Below, piece after piece: positions 60,846 through 64,000 of a stretch of 64,000 nucleotides of DNA. The stretch lies in contig NIVC01000839.1 in NCBI GenBank assembly GCA_002269645.1, positions 186,001-250,000 on the forward strand, read 5' to 3'. The position numbers and the translations under genes are program-made. The stretch is from Macrostomum lignano (lineage: Eukaryota). A model generated the notes under the pieces. That model saw nothing but the letters and a program-made list of their open reading frames with translations, made no database searches and had not been told where the DNA came from. Each line of letters starts with the position of its first letter. Position 1 is the first letter of the stretch.

Positions 60846-61047
60846 GCCCCTTGTCAGACAGCTAGCCATTTGCCAGCGATATCCCCTAGATTCACAAGAA
60901 TGTAGAGTTCAATAGAGTTCAACACATGTACAGCTGCATGTACATCTTATTACACATTAACATCTACGGTGACATTTCTATGTACTTTACATCAATTTAC
61001 ATGTATGTAGAGCATGCGATATGTACATGAACACGTGTACGGTGTAG

Positions 61048-61085
<38 letters not shown>

Positions 61086-63636
61086 AGTACGCAGCCCCGC
61101 ATGCAAAGTCACAATTAGAGCAGGGCGCGTCAGATGGCGCGCCGCAAAGCCTGAGAGCGGACGAAGTCCGCCCCGTTAGCTGAGTCGGGCGCCCCAGCGT
61201 CGCAAAGAAGGCAGTCCACCTATCGACGGGTTCGGGCCAGACCCCGCCTGAACGGGCCCTGCAAGGTGAGCAGCAGGACGTCCTGAACAGGTTGGAGGTA
61301 ATAGCCCTCGGCCCGGATCACGTGAAGTCGCCGCCAGCGCAGGATGAGGGACAGGCGCTGCAGCTTGGCCCGATCGTACAGCGCCTCGGTCTCTCGTAAG
61401 CTCGAAAGGCCGCACGGAGCAGCCCTGAGTCCAGCTACCGCTCCAGCGTAGCTGTCAACGTCTACGTCTCGGCGTTGCATAGCAGGACGGTTTCGACCAC
61501 CGCCTGCCACAGCCGAGCCCTCTGGCGGTCGGGCAGCGCTTCGGACTGGAAGACGGTTCGGATCAAACGGAAGGCCGCCCAGGCAAATCCTCTGCGCCGT
61601 CGGAGGCCACGTCGGGCACTAGACCGCCGAGGTGGGCGAACCGCTAGCAGCGTGCGAACCTGGTCGTCTGCCCATCTAGGCCGCTGAGATGTTGGCCGGC
61701 TCAGTCAGCACCTCGGTCTTTAGCGTGTTGACAACCAGACCGACGGACATCAGCGAGATCCCGCGGTGGTCTTCTTTCCGCGTTGTCTCTGCCCTCTTTG
61801 GTATCGGCCCGATGTGCGCAACGGTCTACGCGGTGGACGCAGGAGCGCCGGCGAGCACGCGGTTCATGGCGCTTGTCAGCTGAGAGGCCACACAGCAAAG
61901 CCGCAGCGCCTTGACCGGCACTTCGTCGGCGCCTAGCGCCTTGCCGCCTGGTAATTTCCGAGAAAACAGCACAACGTCCTCTGTGGTGACTGGGCTGGTG
62001 CAGAAGTCCTCCTCAGCTGGGAGCGGCGTATCCAGTGGGAGCGCAAAACTGGCAGGCAGCGGTGACGCGGGCGCGTTCACGATGCCGGCGAAGAAGTCGC
62101 GCAATTCGTTCCTGCGCTCCTCCGGGGTGTCGCCGGCCAGGTTCAGCACCACACGCTTTCTACACCCCGTCAGAGTCAGGACGGCCGTCCACACTGCGCG
62201 GCTCTTCACGTCGGGGCCGGCTGCAGTGATGGTCCGAACGGAGTCGTCGACAGCGGCCTGCTGCCGCTCGTCTAGAAGGCGCTCAAAGCGTATTCAGCGT
62301 CGCCCGTGGGCCGCCGGTTTCTGCGGAGTCGCTCGATGTTGAACCGCGCCTGCCTGATGGTCGGGTCGCTCTGCCAGACAGGCAGCGATTTCTGCGCTCT
62401 GCAGCGGCTCTAGCGGAGGTGCTGATGTCGGAATACTCCGCCTCCCGCTGGTCTCTAAGCGCGCCGACGAAGGCGCCCGCAAATTGACGCTTCAAGTAGG
62501 TGTCCAACAGTGCACGATAGTAGCGCGGTGGCCGCTGCTTTGGCGGTCGGTAGAGCTGGTCGTGGAACCGCAAGTCGCAGAGCAGAAGTCGATGGTCTGA
62601 CCAGAGAGCCAGTGGAGCCCACGGTGTCGCAGTTGGTGATGCGGCGGCGCTCGCGAGTGCGCGAACCAGTGCATGATCGAGTTGCGCCAGTCCCCTTGTG
62701 GCGTTCTACCCGCGTGCGTTCCATCGCCTTCTCTTGCAGCCCGCGTAGGTGACCAGGCAGGCAGGGGGGCTTGCGGAACTGGGTATTCGCGGACACCAGG
62801 TCCAACCGGTCAAGCAGATCCTCCAGCACATCGGTGTTGGCGTTCTCGCATCCCGCGACAAAGGGCGAGCGCTCGTACCTCCGCGGAACTGCGTTAAGGT
62901 CTCCGAGCACTGCCAGCATATCGCGGTTTGGCACCTCTTCCAGCTGCCCAGCCCGGAAGTCGAAGAAGGCACGAGCCTCCTCGTGAGGTGAGCAGCGATG
63001 GGTGCATACGCGCAGAACAGCCGGATGCAGCGGGCGCGCAGGCGCAGGTCGACCCGCATCAGACGCGGGGACAGCGAAGCGCAGTGCACGCTCTGCCGAA
63101 GGTGCCGTCCGATCAGCACGCCGACACCGCCCCGGCCGCGGTCGTCTGCCGACGTGTACAGGAGGCTCCAGCCGGCTCCCAGGTCCTCAGAGTGTAGCCC
63201 AGGCTCAGCCACGATAGAAACCTCCTGTAGCGTGATGGGGTCCAGCTGAAGGTCGTGGGCCAACTGGACGAGAATGATGCGACGCCAAGGGGCCTTCAGA
63301 GTTCGGCGATTCATCGTGCCGAGTCTGAGGCGGCCACCTGGTACCGCTGGGGCCAGATGGAGGTTGGCCTCGTGGTCCCCGGCGCCACCCGGTGGATCTA
63401 TAGTTGGAATAGAAACAGGCGCCTGGCCACGCCACGGATTCGCCCTCGCCAGTTGAGCTCGTGCCGCCACTCAGTGCGACTTTGGGCGCTGCGCCGACCT
63501 CTGCGTGTCCCTGGTGTGCTGAGCTTTGCTGCCGCAGCCGAGGTGCGACCGTCCGAGCCAACCGAGGTGATCCAGCCGCGATGACAGGTCAGGTGTCAGC
63601 ACTACTTGCACGGTTGTGAAAATATAATGGCTCAGA
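61048..63636 (-). mobile_element. Degenerate RTE-like non-LTR retrotransposon, internally deleted
   Basis: AP endonuclease motifs (LGTMNRRTL, LQEV, GRGGVGVLI, CAYAP, LGDLNA, SANTQF) across frameshifts, then KALGADEVP and IGPIPK...DHRGISLMSV (start of RT), then directly C-terminal-like sequence and a (GTT)12 3' tail (aac repeat 61048-61083). Possible TSD core tacggtgt at 61038 and 63637. Confidence 0.85.
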
Positions 63637-64000
63637 TACGGTGTGTAACACATTAAAACATAATAAAATAAGATTTTTATTTTTTTACTTTAAAAATCTC
63701 TATACTGCTTTAAGCAACCACCTCAAGATATATGCAACTTTTTTTTAACAAATCACCGTTTCACTCGTCAGAAAGCATTTAACAATAAAACGGGTATACT
63801 TTATGATTAAAAAACTTAATTTGGTGGCATCTTTTAAAAGACCTATAACTAGCAGCTAATCTTCTTGTACATGCTCGATCAGAATGCCTTCAGCAGCAGT
63901 TCAGCGTGCGTCCCGTGTGCTGCATCAGACTGAATGCTATACATACATGTAGTTCAGTCGAGTTACATGTATAGACGATCGACATCAGGGGTGTCGGAAC

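Noticed and set aside
63986-64000. hAT-like terminus CAGGGGTGTCGGAAC at the window edge
   Set aside because: Only 15 bp visible; cannot be supported without downstream sequence.

Overview
Eukaryotic (animal) genomic DNA. It is gene-dense, yet roughly 40-45% of the window is micro/minisatellite, and most long introns are filled by their own tandem array. This architecture is reminiscent of free-living flatworms such as Macrostomum (inference only; nothing here proves the species). Reading splice sites by hand gives nine recognisable genes: a LIV-1-type ZIP/SLC39 transporter (-, runs off the left edge), guanylate kinase (+), a TLC-domain TLCD4/TMEM56-like protein (-), an NPY/NPF-receptor-like GPCR (+), mitofilin/MIC60 (-, 11 exons), SEM1/DSS1 (+), an SFT2-like protein (+), a divergent integrin-linked kinase (+) and a RASL10-like GTPase (-). 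There is also a phase-consistent four-exon orphan gene candidate (~102 aa). Mobile DNA comprises several MITE-like elements (one retaining a Tc1/mariner HTH remnant, one with an 8-bp TSD), a putative tRNA-derived SINE family with (GACA)n tails, and an internally deleted RTE-like LINE. Most long ORFs in the supplied track are artefacts of tandem repeats. The most striking observations are: (i) tandem arrays built from spliceosomal signals in sense orientation, including identical CAG|GTGAGT arrays bracketing the guanylate kinase gene and a CTAAC branch-point array just before an ILK acceptor; (ii) a ZIP lacking both transmembrane metal-site histidines; (iii) a RASL10 whose CaaX box is masked by a short extension; (iv) an ILK lacking the usual ATP-lysine and parvin-contact residues; and (v) the orphan gene.
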